Below, piece after piece: positions 11,702 through 22,466 of a DNA stretch of 36,020 nucleotides (the first letter of the stretch is position 1; the number at the start of each line of letters is the position of its first letter). The notes under the pieces are model-generated. The model searched no databases. It was not told the origin of the DNA and was given only the letters and a program-made list of their open reading frames with translations. Source of the stretch: Chiloscyllium plagiosum (taxonomy: Eukaryota); contig NW_025214150.1 in NCBI RefSeq assembly GCF_004010195.1, forward strand, positions 1-36,020. The letters run 5' to 3'. The translations under genes and the position numbers were made by a program.

Positions 11702-12226
11702 TTGCATGCATTTGTGGTCTCCTTCCTATCGGAAGGACATTGTGAAACTTGAAAGGGTTCAGAAAAGATTTACAAGGATGTTGCCAGGGTTGGAGGGTTT
11801 GAGCTACAGGGAGAGGCTGAACAGGCTGGGGCTGTTTTCCCTGGAGCGTCGGAACCTGAGGTTTATAGAGGTTTACAAAATCATGAGGGGCAGGGATAGG
11901 GTAAATAGACAAAGTCTTTTCCCTGGGGTGGGGGAGTCCAGAATTAGAGGGGCATAGGTTTAGGGTGAGAGGGGAAAGAAAGGGAGCTAAGGGGCAACTT
12001 TTTCACACAGAGGGTGGTGCGTGTATGGAATGAGCTGCCAGAGGAAGTGGTGGAGGCTGGTACAATGACAACATTTAAAAGGCATTTGAATATGAATAGG
12101 AAGGGTTTGGAGGAATATGGGCCAAGTGCTGGCAAATGGCACTAAATTAGATTAGGATGTCTGGTCGGCATGGACGGGTTGGACCGAAGGGTCTGTTTCC
12201 GTGCTGTACAGCTCTATGACTCTATG
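11702..12226 (+). mobile_element. CR1 LINE 3' fragment
   Basis: WSPSYRKDIVKLERVQKRFTRMLPGLEGLSYRERL; ctctatgactctatg tail. Confidence 0.9.
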
Positions 12227-12299
12227 CTAACTACTGAGCCATCAGGGACTTACTCAGTGTCTCTTCTGTCCAGGCTTATTATGAATAATCCCTTTGCCT

Positions 12300-12480
12300 G
12301 TTTATCTCTTTCACCTCCCCCTCTCTCTCTCTGGTCTCTGTCTCTACCTATCTCCTCACCACACCCCTGGCTCCATCTTCTGAGCTGCTATCAGTTCTGA
12401 TCAAGAGTCACGGGATGTGAAACATTAACCCTGCTTTCTTCCCACGGGTGCTGCCAGACCTGCTGAGTTTCTGTTTTCCA
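12300..12480 (+). mobile_element. Old Penelope-like terminal-repeat remnant
   Basis: CT-rich tract, then ttctgatcaagagtcacgggatgtgaaacattaac...gctgccagacctgctgagtttct. Confidence 0.55.
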
Positions 12481-12481
12481 A

Positions 12482-12680
12482 CTTGATTGCTGGGATGGCA
12501 GGACTGATGCAGGAGGAGAGATTAACACAGTTGGGATTGTATTCACTGGGAATTAGAAAAATGAGGGGGAAACCTCATCAAAAGCAGCATGACCCGACAG
12601 CTTAGATGTAGGCAGGCTCTCCCCTCTGCTGGGGAAAGACCAGAACCAAAGGTCAAAGTTTAAGGATAAGAGGTAAAGGT
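12482..12680 (+). mobile_element. Old degenerate CR1 ORF2 fragment
   Basis: Resembles LIPGMAGL..EERL..LGLYSL..RRMRGDLI. Confidence 0.55.
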
Positions 12681-12697
12681 TCAGCACTAAGATATCA

Positions 12698-13115
12698 GAG
12701 CAGGACTTATACACTTAATGGTAAGGTCCTGGGGAGTGTTGCTGAACAAAGAGACCTTGGAGTGCAGGTTCGTAGCTCCTTGAAAGTGGAGTCTCAGGTA
12801 GATAGGATAGTGAAGGCGGCGTTTGGTATGCTTTCCTTTATTGGTCAGAGTATTGAGTACAGGGGTTAAGAGGTCATGTTGCGGCTGTACAGGACATTGG
12901 TTAGGCCACTGTTGGAATATTACATGCAATTCTGGTCTCCTTCCTATCGGAAAGATGTTGTGAAACTTGAAAGGGTTCAGAAAAGATTGACAAGGATGTT
13001 GCCAGGGTTGGAGGGTTTGAGCTACAGGGAGAGGCTGAACAGGCTGGGGCTGTTTTCCCTGGAGCGTCGGAGGCTGAGGGGTGACCTTATAGAGGTTTAT
13101 AAAATCATGAGGGGC
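12698..13115 (+). mobile_element. CR1 LINE ORF2 fragment running into the gap
   Basis: LYRTLVRPLLEYYMQFWSPSYRKDVVKLERVQKR...RGDLIEVYKIMRG. Confidence 0.92.
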
Positions 13116-13894
13116 NNNNNNNNNNNNNNNNNNNNNNNNNNNNNNNNNNNNNNNNNNNNNNNNNNNNNNNNNNNNNNNNNNNNNNNNNNNNNNNNNNNNN
13201 NNNNNNNNNNNNNNNNNNNNNNNNNNNNNNNNNNNNNNNNNNNNNNNNNNNNNNNNNNNNNNNNNNNNNNNNNNNNNNNNNNNNNNNNNNNNNNNNNNNN
13301 NNNNNNNNNNNNNNNNNNNNNNNNNNNNNNNNNNNNNNNNNNNNNNNNNNNNNNNNNNNNNNNNNNNNNNNNNNNNNNNNNNNNNNNNNNNNNNNNNNNN
13401 NNNNNNNNNNNNNNNNNNNNNNNNNNNNNNNNNNNNNNNNNNNNNNNNNNNNNNNNNNNNNNNNNNNNNNNNNNNNNNNNNNNNNNNNNNNNNNNNNNNN
13501 NNNNNNNNNNNNNNNNNNNNNNNNNNNNNNNNNNNNNNNNNNNNNNNNNNNNNNNNNNNNNNNNNNNNNNNNNNNNNNNNNNNNNNNNNNNNNNNNNNNN
13601 NNNNNNNNNNNNNNNNNNNNNNNNNNNNNNNNNNNNNNNNNNNNNNNNNNNNNNNNNNNNNNNNNNNNNNNNNNNNNNNNNNNNNNNNNNNNNNNNNNNN
13701 NNNNNNNNNNNNNNNNNNNNNNNNNNNNNNNNNNNNNNNNNNNNNNNNNNNNNNNNNNNNNNNNNNNNNNNNNNNNNNNNNNNNNNNNNNNNNNNNNNNN
13801 NNNNNNNNNNNNNNNNNNNNNNNNNNNNNNNNNNNNNNNNNNNNNNNNNNNNNNNNNNNNNNNNNNNNNNNNNNNNNNNNNNNNNNNNNNNNNN
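13116..13894. other. Assembly gap (N run)
   Basis: N bases. Confidence 0.99.
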
Positions 13895-14148
13895 ATTTCT
13901 TGCGGTTGCAGGGGAAGGTGCTGGGAGTGGAGGTTGGGTTGGTGGGGGGTGTGGACCTGACAAGGGAGTCATGGAGGGAGTGGTCTTTTCGGAACGCTGA
14001 TAGGGGAGGGGAGGGAAATATATCCCTGGTCGTGGGGTCCGTTTGGAGGTGGCGGAAATGACGACGGATGATATGATGTATATAGAGGTTGGTGGGGTGG
14101 TGGTGAGGACCAGTGGTGTTCTGTCCTGGTGGCGATTGGAGGGGCGAT
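13895..14148 (-). mobile_element. Penelope-like element internal fragment (RT to endonuclease linker)
   Basis: Minus strand reads DRTPLVLT, then after a frameshift HFRHLQTDPTTRDIFPSPPLSAFRKDHSLHDSLVRS...FPCNRK; homologous to 19600-19750. Confidence 0.85.
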
Positions 14149-14237
14149 TGGCGATTGGAGTATGCACAGCAGGATCCCAGTGGATTGTGGTCATTCCTTG
14201 TATTGATGGGCCAGCCCTGCCTTGGGACAATATTCCA

Positions 14238-16040
14238 TTAGCACTGACCCACCGACAGTGCGGTGCTCCCTCAGCAATGACCCTCCGACAGTGCGGTGCT
14301 CCCTCAGCACTGACCCTCCGACAGTGCCCACTCCCTCAGCACTGACCCTCCGACAGTGCGGTGCTCCCTCAGCACTGACCCTCCAACAGTGCGGTGCTCC
14401 CTCAGCACTGACCCCCCGAAATTGCAGTGCTCCGTCAGCACTGACCCTCCGACAGTGTAGTGCTCCCTCAGCACTGACCCTCCGACAGTGCGGTGCTCCC
14501 TCAGCACTGACCCTCCGACAGTGCCCACTCCCTCAGCACTGACCCTCCGACTGTGCGCTGCTTCCACAGCACTGACCTTCCGACAGTGTGGCGCTCCCTC
14601 AGCACTGACCCTCCGACAGTGCGGTGTTCCCTCAGCATTGACCCTCCGACAGTGCGGCGCTCCCTCAGCACTGACCCTCCGATAGTGCCCACTCCCTCAG
14701 CACTGACCCTCCGACAGCGTGGTGTTCCCGCAGTGCTGACCCTACGACAGCGTGGTGTTCCCGCAGTGCTGACCCTATGACCCTGTGGCCCTCCGACAGT
14801 GCGGCGCTCCCTCAGGACTGACCCTCCGATAGTGCCCACTCCCTCAGCACTGACCCTCCAACAGTGCGGCGCTCCCTCAGCACTGACCCTCCGACAGGGT
14901 GGTGTTCCCGCAGTGCTGACTCTACGACCCTGTGGCACTCCCTCAGCACTGACCCTCCGACAGTGCGGCGCTCCCTCAGGACTGACCCTCCGATAGTGCC
15001 CACTCCCTCAGGACTGGCCCTCCAACAGCGTGGTGTTCCCGCAGTGCTGACCCTACGACCCTGTGGCACTCCCTCAGCACTGACCCTCCGACAGTGCCCA
15101 CTCCCTCAGCACTGACCCTCCGACAGTGCGGCGCTCCCTCAGCACTGACCCTCCGATAGTACCCACTCCCTCAGCACTGACCCTCAAACAGTGCGGCGGT
15201 CCCTCAGCACTGACACTCCGACAGTGCGGCGCTCCCTCAGCACGTACCCTCCGACAATGCGGCGCTCCCTCAACACTGCCCGTCTGACAGTGCCCGCTCC
15301 CTCAGCACTGACCCTCTGACAGTGCCCATGCCCTCAGCACTGACCCTCTCACAGTGCCCGCTCCCTCAGCACTGCCCCTCTGACAGTACCCGCTCCCTCA
15401 GCACTGACCCTCCGACAGTGCAGCACTCCCTCAGCACTGACCCTCCGACAGTGCGGCACTCCCTCAGCACTGACCCTCCAAGAATGCGGTGCTCCCTCAG
15501 CACTGACCCTCCAACGGTGCGGCACTCCCTCAGCACTGACCCTCCAATAGTGCGGCACCCCTCAGCACTGACCCTCCGACAATGTGGTGTTCCACAGTGC
15601 TGACCCTCGGACAGTGCAATGCTCCCTCAGCACTGACTCTCCAACAGTGCGGCACTCCTTCTGCACTGCCCCTCCGACAGTGCCCGCTCCCTCAGCACTG
15701 ACCCTCTGTCAGTGCTCGCTCCCTCAGCACTGCCACTCTGACAGTGCCCACTTCCTCAGCACTGTCCCTCCGATAGTGCCTGCTCCCTCAGCACTGACCC
15801 TCTGACAATGCAGCATTCCCTCAGCACTGACCCTCTGACAGTGCTCACTCCCTCAGCACTGACCCTCTGACAGTGCAGCACTCCCTCAGCACTGACCCTC
15901 CGACAGTGTCCACTCCCTCAGCACTGACCCTCCGACAGTGCTCACTCCCTCAGCACTGACCCCCCGAGAGTGCAGCACTCCCTCAGCACTGACCCTCCGA
16001 CAGTGTCCACTCCCTCAGCGTTGACCCTCCCAGAGTGCAG
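14238..16040. repeat. Minisatellite, 32-33-bp unit CAGCACTGACCCTCCGACAGTGCGGYRCTCCCT
   Basis: More than 50 direct tandem copies; each unit carries a GCACTG/CAGTGC inverted repeat. Confidence 0.95.
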
Positions 16041-16451
16041 TTGTTTGTGTCTCTTTGGATTCTGTAATGCCTTGAATGTAGCCCCGGTTGCTATGACTCC
16101 CAGTCCTGGTAATTAATTCCTGGTGTTGTATTGGAATCATGTTTACAATCCCTCCCTCTCAGAGTGGATTTTCCTGTTTTGCCAGTTCTCTCCAATTTAC
16201 CGGAAGCTTCTCTGACAAAGTGGCTCTCGTTTGTAATCAGATGGTTGTTAGTGTTTCAATTTGTTTACCAACTCCCTTCACCCCACCCCAACCCTGTCAC
16301 CATACCCTTTTGCACTCTGTAATGAGGTGTCACAGGAGGGGAAGAGGCACAGACACAGGGAGACACAGAGAGAGGGGGGAAGGTGTGTGTGTGTGAGAGA
16401 GAGAGACAGAGAGCAGGTGACTGTACATCTTGAAGTTCTCCTCCCCCTGCC

Positions 16452-17511
16452 CCTGATCACTGTCCCAGTGAGCCCTGGGTTAGGGGGGATTCCTGATCAC
16501 TGTCACAGTGAGGCCTGGGTTAAGGGGAATTCCTGATCACTGTCCCAGTGAGGCCTGGGTTAAGGGGAATTCCTGATCACTGTCCCAGTGAGCCCTGGTT
16601 CGGGGGAATTCCTGATCACTGTCCCAGTGAGCCCTGGGTTAGGGGGAATTCCTGTTCACTGACCCAATGAGCCCAGCCTTAGGGTGGATTTCTGGTCACT
16701 GTCCCAGTGAGCCCTGGGTTAGGGGGAATTCCTGATCAGTGACCCAATGAGCCTGGTCTTAGGGTGGATTCCTGGTCACTGTCCCAGTGAGCCCTGGGTT
16801 AGGGAGGATTCCTGATCACTGTCCCAGTGAGGCCTGGGTTAGGGGGAATTCCTGATCACTGACCCAATGAGCCCTGCCTTAGGGAGGATTCCTGGTCACT
16901 GTCCCAGTGAGCCCTGGGTTAGGAGGGAATTCCTGATCACTGTCCCAGTGAGCCTTGGGTTAGGGGGGATTCCTGATCACTGTCCCAGTGAGCCCTGGGT
17001 TAGGGAGGATTCCTGATCACTGTCCCAGTGAACCCTGAGTGAGGGGAGATTCCTGATCACTGTCCCAGTGAGCCCTGGGTCGGTGGGATTCCTGATCACT
17101 GTCCCAGTGAGCCTTGGGTTAGGGGGGATTCCTGATCACTGTCCCTGTGAGCCCTGGGTTAGGGAGGATTCCTGATCACTGTCCCAGTGAGCCCTGGGTT
17201 CGGGGGGATTCCTGATCACTGTCCCAGTGAGCCCTGGGTTAGGGGTGATTCCTGGTCACTGTCCCAGTGAACCCTGGGTTAGGGGGGATTCCTGGTCACT
17301 GTCCCAGTGAGACCTGGGTTAGGGAGGATTCCTGATCATTGTCCCAGTGAGGCCTGGGTTAGGGAGGATTCCTGATCACTGTCCCAGTGAGGCCTGGGTT
17401 CGGGGGGATTCCTGTTCACTGTCACAGTGAGGCCTGGGTTAGGGGGGATTCCTGTTCACTGTCACAGTGAGGCCTGGGTTAGGGGGGGATTCCTGCTCCT
17501 GATCACTGTCC
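16452..17511. repeat. Minisatellite, ~40-bp unit ATTCCTGATCACTGTCCCAGTGAGCCCTGGGTTAGGGGGG
   Basis: About 26 direct tandem copies. Confidence 0.95.
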
Positions 17512-17970
17512 CAAATGGATTGTGTGGGGATTTTGGGGTTTATCCCCCATCTGGGAAAGAAAAGGTCTGTGATTTCCATCCAGGTGCTCCACCCATTCAC
17601 AGGCCATGAGGCTGCTCTGAGGCCTAATGCAGGCTTTGGTCACCTCCATCAGGTGACCTATCACTACCACCTGACTGTCGGAGATGGGCTGGTTGGTTGC
17701 GAAGCCTTTTGGATAGGATCAGTGGTGGGATTGTCCGAGCTCAGCCAGGATGGGATCGAATGACATCGCAGGAGTGAGGGGCTGAATGTCCTCCTTCTGC
17801 CCTGCGTTTTACAGACTAGGCCTCAAGCCTGGGCCTTGCTTTGTCAGTGTGGTTTCGTAGGATATCTACTGCATCATTGTCTCTGACAAACTGCATTCGT
17901 CAGCATGCCTACGTCAACTGGCAGTGACAAACTCCCTCCGTCTCTCTCTCTCTCTCCATCTCTCTCTTTC

Positions 17971-18088
17971 TCCGGAAGGAATGACTCATCGCTCCTCCAC
18001 TGGGGAGAATCGGGTGACATCATGCATTGCTGAATGATTCGGGTTTCTGTCGCCAATACCACAGTTTCAGCTTCAGCCCTGACGTCAT
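17971..18088. promoter_or_regulatory. Candidate enhancer (ETS/TEAD/AP-1/CRE motif cluster)
   Basis: CCGGAAG 17972, GGAATG 17978, TGACTCA 17982, TGACATCA 18015, TGACGTCA 18080 in apparently unique sequence; motif-only evidence. Confidence 0.35.
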
Positions 18089-18114
18089 CGAGACTCCCCT
18101 TCATCCTCGGAGAG

Positions 18115-18545
18115 AGTAGGCAGGGAGAGGGAGAGAACGAGAAAGAGAGAGACAGCGTGAAGAAAGACAGAAACACAAAGAGGAGAGTGCAATATCGAGC
18201 GAAATAAACACAGGGAGACATACACACGCAGAGACAGAGAGAGGGAGAGAGAGAGAGAGGGAGGGAGATAGAGAGAAAGCTGGGGAGAGAGAGGTATAGA
18301 GAGATAGAGAAAGAGAGGGAGGGAGATAGAGAGAAGGCCAGGGAGAGAGGTGTAGAAGAGGAGAGAGGGAGAAAGAGGAGGACAGAGATATGGGGGGAGA
18401 GAGAAGTATAGAGAGAGAAAGAGAGGGAGGGAGAGATATAGAGAGAGAGAGATAGAGTGAGGTAGAGAGAGAGAGGAAGAATGAGAGAGGAGGACAGAGA
18501 AAGAGAGGTAAGAGAGAGAGAGAAGCTGAAAGACTGACAGAGACA
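18115..18545. repeat. GA-rich low-complexity tract
   Basis: Imperfect (GA)n. Confidence 0.85.
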
Positions 18546-19096
18546 TCAAAGCAGGATTGTGGTGTACGGGAGGCTATTCAGCCTATCATTGCCTGCACTA
18601 GCCAAGTTAAACGAGCAGCATTACTGAGAGTTTGTGGCCTGTTTCTCCCCCATCTCCAGAAACACCATTTCTCTCCAAATGACCATGCAAGGCCCCTCTG
18701 GGGGGCCTCCACTGAGGAATAGCCCCCACCATTTCCAGCGATTGTATTCTGAAATAACACCCCAGAAGCTGGGATCCTGTCACCAAGTCGCCCTTTGTGA
18801 ACACGGGGAGAGTGATCCAGTTCCCTCAGAGCGAGCAGAATCGCTAATCCCCCTGTTTCTATCTGTCAGCCAGGATTCCCTGGTTGGACCAGGTTAACAG
18901 TCCCAGGCAGGAAGCTCATAGCCTGGCTAGCCCTGTTACAATCGCTGTCCATTCCTGACCCAAAGCCGTCATTGGTTGTATCAGCTCTTCCTTACATTAT
19001 TCCTGCTTCTTCTGCAAATCATGTTAAATCTGTGGCCCTCTCTATCCTTGGTTCTTGTATGAGCAGGAACAGTTTGACCCTCTCTGCTCTGTCCAG

Positions 19097-19161
19097 TTAG
19101 ATTAGATTCCCTACAGTGTGGAAACAGGCCCAAGCAGTCCACACCGACCCTCTGAAGAGTA
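19097..19161 (-). mobile_element. HE1-like SINE 3' tail fragment
   Basis: ttagattagattccctacagtgtggaaacaggcc...gtccacaccgaccctctgaagagta matches the reverse complement of the 3' end of the SINE at 26807-27096. Confidence 0.65.
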
Positions 19162-19229
19162 GGGGTTTAGATCAGAGTGGTGCTGGAAAAGCACAGCAGA
19201 TCAGGCAGCATCCAAGGAGCAGGAAAATC

Positions 19230-19257
19230 GACGTTTCGGGCAAAAGCCCTTCATCAG
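19230..19257 (-). ncRNA. Minimal type I hammerhead ribozyme motif
   Basis: Minus strand reads CUGAUGA-A-GGGC-UUUU-GCCC-GAAA-CG-UC. Confidence 0.75.
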
Positions 19258-20085
19258 GAATACAGGCAGGGAGCCTGGAGGGTGGAGAGATAAATGAGAG
19301 GAGGGTGGGGGTGGGGAGAAAGTAGCATAGAGTACAATAGGTGAGTGGGGGTGGGGATGAAGGTGATAGGTCAGAGAGGAGGGTGGGGGAAGGTAGAAAG
19401 GTGGAAAGGAAGTACTCTGTTTCAGGACATGATTGAAGAGCTTCAGGGCAGAGGAGATGACCTGGGAGTTGCAGTGAGAGAGAGACTCACTGAGATTCTT
19501 GTAGAGAGAGGAGGAAAACTTCTTCAAGGCAGGCACCCTTGTAAGAGGATTCGCAGTAGGGTTAAAATCAACGAGGTAAAAACAATGACTGCAGATGCTG
19601 GATGGTGGGGGGTGTGGACCTGACGAGGGAGTCACGGAGGGAGTGGTCTTTTTGGAACGCTGATAGGGGAGGGGAGGGAAATATATCCCACCAACCCAAC
19701 CTCCACTCCCGGCACCTTCCCCTGCAACCGCAAGAAATGCAAAACTTGCGCCCACACCTCCCCCCTTACTTCCATATCCACCACAAATTCACCTGCACCT
19801 CCACACACATCATTTCTGCCTAGGAACCCTCCAACCACAAGGGATGAACTCGGATTTCTCCAGTTTCCTCATTTCCCTTACCCCCACCTTGTCTCAGTCA
19901 AATCCCTCGAACTCAGCACCGCCTTCCTAACCTGCAATCTTCTTCCTGACCTCTCCGCTCTCACCCCACTCCGGCCTACCACCCTCACCTTGACCTCCTT
20001 CCACCTATCGCATTTCCAACGCCCCTCCCCCAAGTCCCTCCTCCCTACCTTTTATCTTAGCCTGCTTGGCACACTTTCCTCATTC

Positions 20086-20113
20086 CTGAAGAAGAGCTTA
20101 TGCCCGAAATGTC
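20086..20113 (+). ncRNA. Degenerate minimal hammerhead motif
   Basis: CTGAAGA-A-GAGC-TTAT-GCCC-GAAA-TG-TC, with a stem II mismatch and a broken ACGT palindrome. Confidence 0.5.
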
Positions 20114-20214
20114 GATTCTCCTGTTCCTTGGATGCTGCCTGACCTGCTGCGCTTTTCCAGCAACACATTTTCAGCTCTGATCTCCAGCATCTGCAGTCCT
20201 CACTTTCTTCCCAA

Positions 20215-20987
20215 TGATTGCAAAATGTCCAGCACCATTCATGACTCCTCAGATACTGAAGCAGTCCGTATGTTCAAATGTAGCAAGATCTGGATAATAT
20301 CCAGGCTTGGGCTGACAAGTGACAGGTAATGTTAATGCCAGACAATGACGATTGCCAACAAGAGAGAATCCAACCATTGGTCTTTGATATTAAATTTCAT
20401 TATCATCGCTGAATCCCCCACCATCATTATCTTCAGTGTTACTAGGGTTGCCTAGAAACTGAACCTGTCTCGCGATATAAACACAGTGACTACAAGAGCA
20501 GATCAGAGGCTGGGAATCCTGCAGTGAGTAACTCCCCTCCTGTCTTCCCAAAGCTTGTCCCACCATCTACAAGGCACAAGTCAGGAGGGTGAGGGAATAC
20601 TCCCCACTTGCCCCTGGATGGGGTCAGCTCCAACAACACTCAAGAAGCTCAAAACCATCCAGGGACAAAGCAGCCCCCGCTTGATTGGCCCCACACCCAC
20701 AAACATCCCCTCCCTCCCTTACCCACCGATGCTCAGTAGCAGCAGTGTGTACCAGCTACAAGATGCGCTGCAGAAACTCATCAAAGATCCTCAGGCAGCA
20801 CCTTCCAAACCCACGGCCACTTCCATCAAGAAGGACAAGGGGCAGCAGATACATGGGAACCCCACCCCCTGCAAGTTCCCCTCCGAGTCCCTCAGCATCC
20901 TGACTTGGAAATATATCACCATTCCTTCAGTATTGTTGGGTCAGAATCCTGGAATTCCCTCCCTAAGCAACATTGTGGGTCTACCCT
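20215..20987 (+). mobile_element. Older non-LTR retrotransposon (CR1/L2 superfamily) RT C-terminal remnant
   Basis: Degenerate QDLDNIQAWADK, ESPTIIIFSVT...KLN, VTTRADQRLGIL and LSTIYKAQVR motifs; continues at 21993-22115. Confidence 0.75.
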
Positions 20988-21992
20988 ATAAATAAATGAT
21001 TTGGATGTGAACATTAAGAGGTACAGTTAGTAAGTTTGCAGATGACACCAAAATTGGAGGTGTAGTGGACAGCGAAGAGGGTTACCTCAGATTACAACAG
21101 GATCTGGACCAGCTGGGCCAATGGGCTGAGAAGTGGNNNNNNNNNNNNNNNNNNNNNNNNNNNNNNNNNNNNNNNNNNNNNNNNNNNNNNNNNNNNNNNN
21201 NNNNNNNNNNNNNNNNNNNNNNNNNNNNNNNNNNNNNNNNNNNNNNNNNNNNNNNNNNNNNNNNNNNNNNNNNNNNNNNNNNNNNNNNNNNNNNNNNNNN
21301 NNNNNNNNNNNNNNNNNNNNNNNNNNNNNNNNNNNNNNNNNNNNNNNNNNNNNNNNNNNNNNNNNNNNNNNNNNNNNNNNNNNNNNNNNNNNNNNNNNNN
21401 NNNNNNNNNNNNNNNNNNNNNNNNNNNNNNNNNNNNNNNNNNNNNNNNNNNNNNNNNNNNNNNNNNNNNNNNNNNNNNNNNNNNNNNNNNNNNNNNNNNN
21501 NNNNNNNNNNNNNNNNNNNNNNNNNNNNNNNGGGTTGGAGGATCTGAGCTACAGGGAGAGGCTGAACAGGCTGGGACTGTTTTCCCTGGAGCATCAGAGG
21601 CTGAGGGGTGACCTTATAGAGGTTTACAAAATTATGAGGGGCATGGATAGGGTAAATAGACAAAGTCTTTTCCCTGAGGTCGGGGAGTCCAGAGCTAGAG
21701 GGCCTAGGTTTAGGGTGAGGGGGGAAAGATATAAAAGAGACCGAAGGGGCAACTTTTTCACCCAGAGGGTGGTACGTGTATGGAATGAGCTGCCAGAGGA
21801 AATGGTAGAGGCTGGTATAATTACAACATTTAAGAGGCATTTTGATGGGTATATGAATAGGAAGGGTTTGGAGGGATATGGGCCGGGTGCTGGCAGGTGG
21901 GACTAGATTGGGTTGGGATATTCTGGTCGGCATGGACGGGTTGGACCGAAGGGTCTGTTTCCGTGCTGTACATCTCTATCACTCAATGACTC
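20988..21992 (+). mobile_element. CR1 LINE 3' fragment (RT, FADD motif) nested in the older LINE; spans a gap
   Basis: INDLD...[40 protein letters not shown]; ctctatcactcaatgactcta tail. Confidence 0.9.
21137..21531. other. Assembly gap (N run)
   Basis: N bases. Confidence 0.99.
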
Positions 21993-22117
21993 TACAGCAC
22001 ATGGACTGCAGCGGGTCAAGAAGCCAGCTCACCCCCACTTACTCAAGGGGCAACTAGGGACGGGCAGGAAATGCTGAGCCCAGCCAGCGATGCCCATGTC
22101 CTGCAAATGACTAAAAA
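21993..22117 (+). mobile_element. 3' end of the older LINE interrupted by the CR1 copy
   Basis: Sequence resumes cagcacatggactgcagcgg...aggggcaactaggga...aaatgactaaaaa. Confidence 0.65.
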
Positions 22118-22139
22118 TCTTTTAAATTTAAAAGCAAAC

Positions 22140-22337
22140 AGAACAAGAGAGGTAGAGAAACTGAGAGAGACGAGAGAGAGAGAGAGAAATGCAGCCGAGA
22201 GAGGAACAGAAAAGGATAAACAGAGAGAGAGAGATGAGAGGCAGAGAGAGAGAGAGAGATTGAGAGAGAGAGAGAGAGACAGAGATAGAGGGACAGTATA
22301 AGAAGAGGAGAGACAGACAGACTGAGGGGTGACAGAG

Positions 22338-22374
<37 letters not shown>

Positions 22375-22466
22375 GGAATAAGGAGAGACGGTGAGAGGGA
22401 GTGATAGACAGGGCCAGAGGTGAGAAATAGCAATGAGGTGAAACAGACAAATGAGAGAGAGAGAGG
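22140..22466. repeat. GA-rich simple repeat
   Basis: (GA)n runs. Confidence 0.85.

Larger units (their letters stand above)
19165..20210. mobile_element. Rearranged Penelope-like composite: minus-strand terminal repeat and internal pieces joined to plus-strand internal and terminal pieces
   Basis: 19165-19410 matches 10735-10980; 19600-19688 (-) and 19689-19820 (+) are consecutive ORF segments in opposite orientation; 19820-20210 is a + strand 3' end. Confidence 0.85.

Noticed and set aside
16500..17470. CACAGTG heptamers as V(D)J recombination signals
   Set aside because: They are occasional variants of the repeat unit, with no nonamer at 12/23 spacing and no Ig or TCR segments
14238..17511. 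CRISPR-like regular arrays
   Set aside because: Units are head-to-tail with no unique spacers, there are no cas genes, and the context is vertebrate; these are ordinary minisatellites
17874..18227. Minus-strand 117-aa ORF (MKGSLDDVRAEAE...) as a coding exon
   Set aside because: No recognisable domain, partly made of GA/CT repeat, weak GAG acceptor and no partner exons
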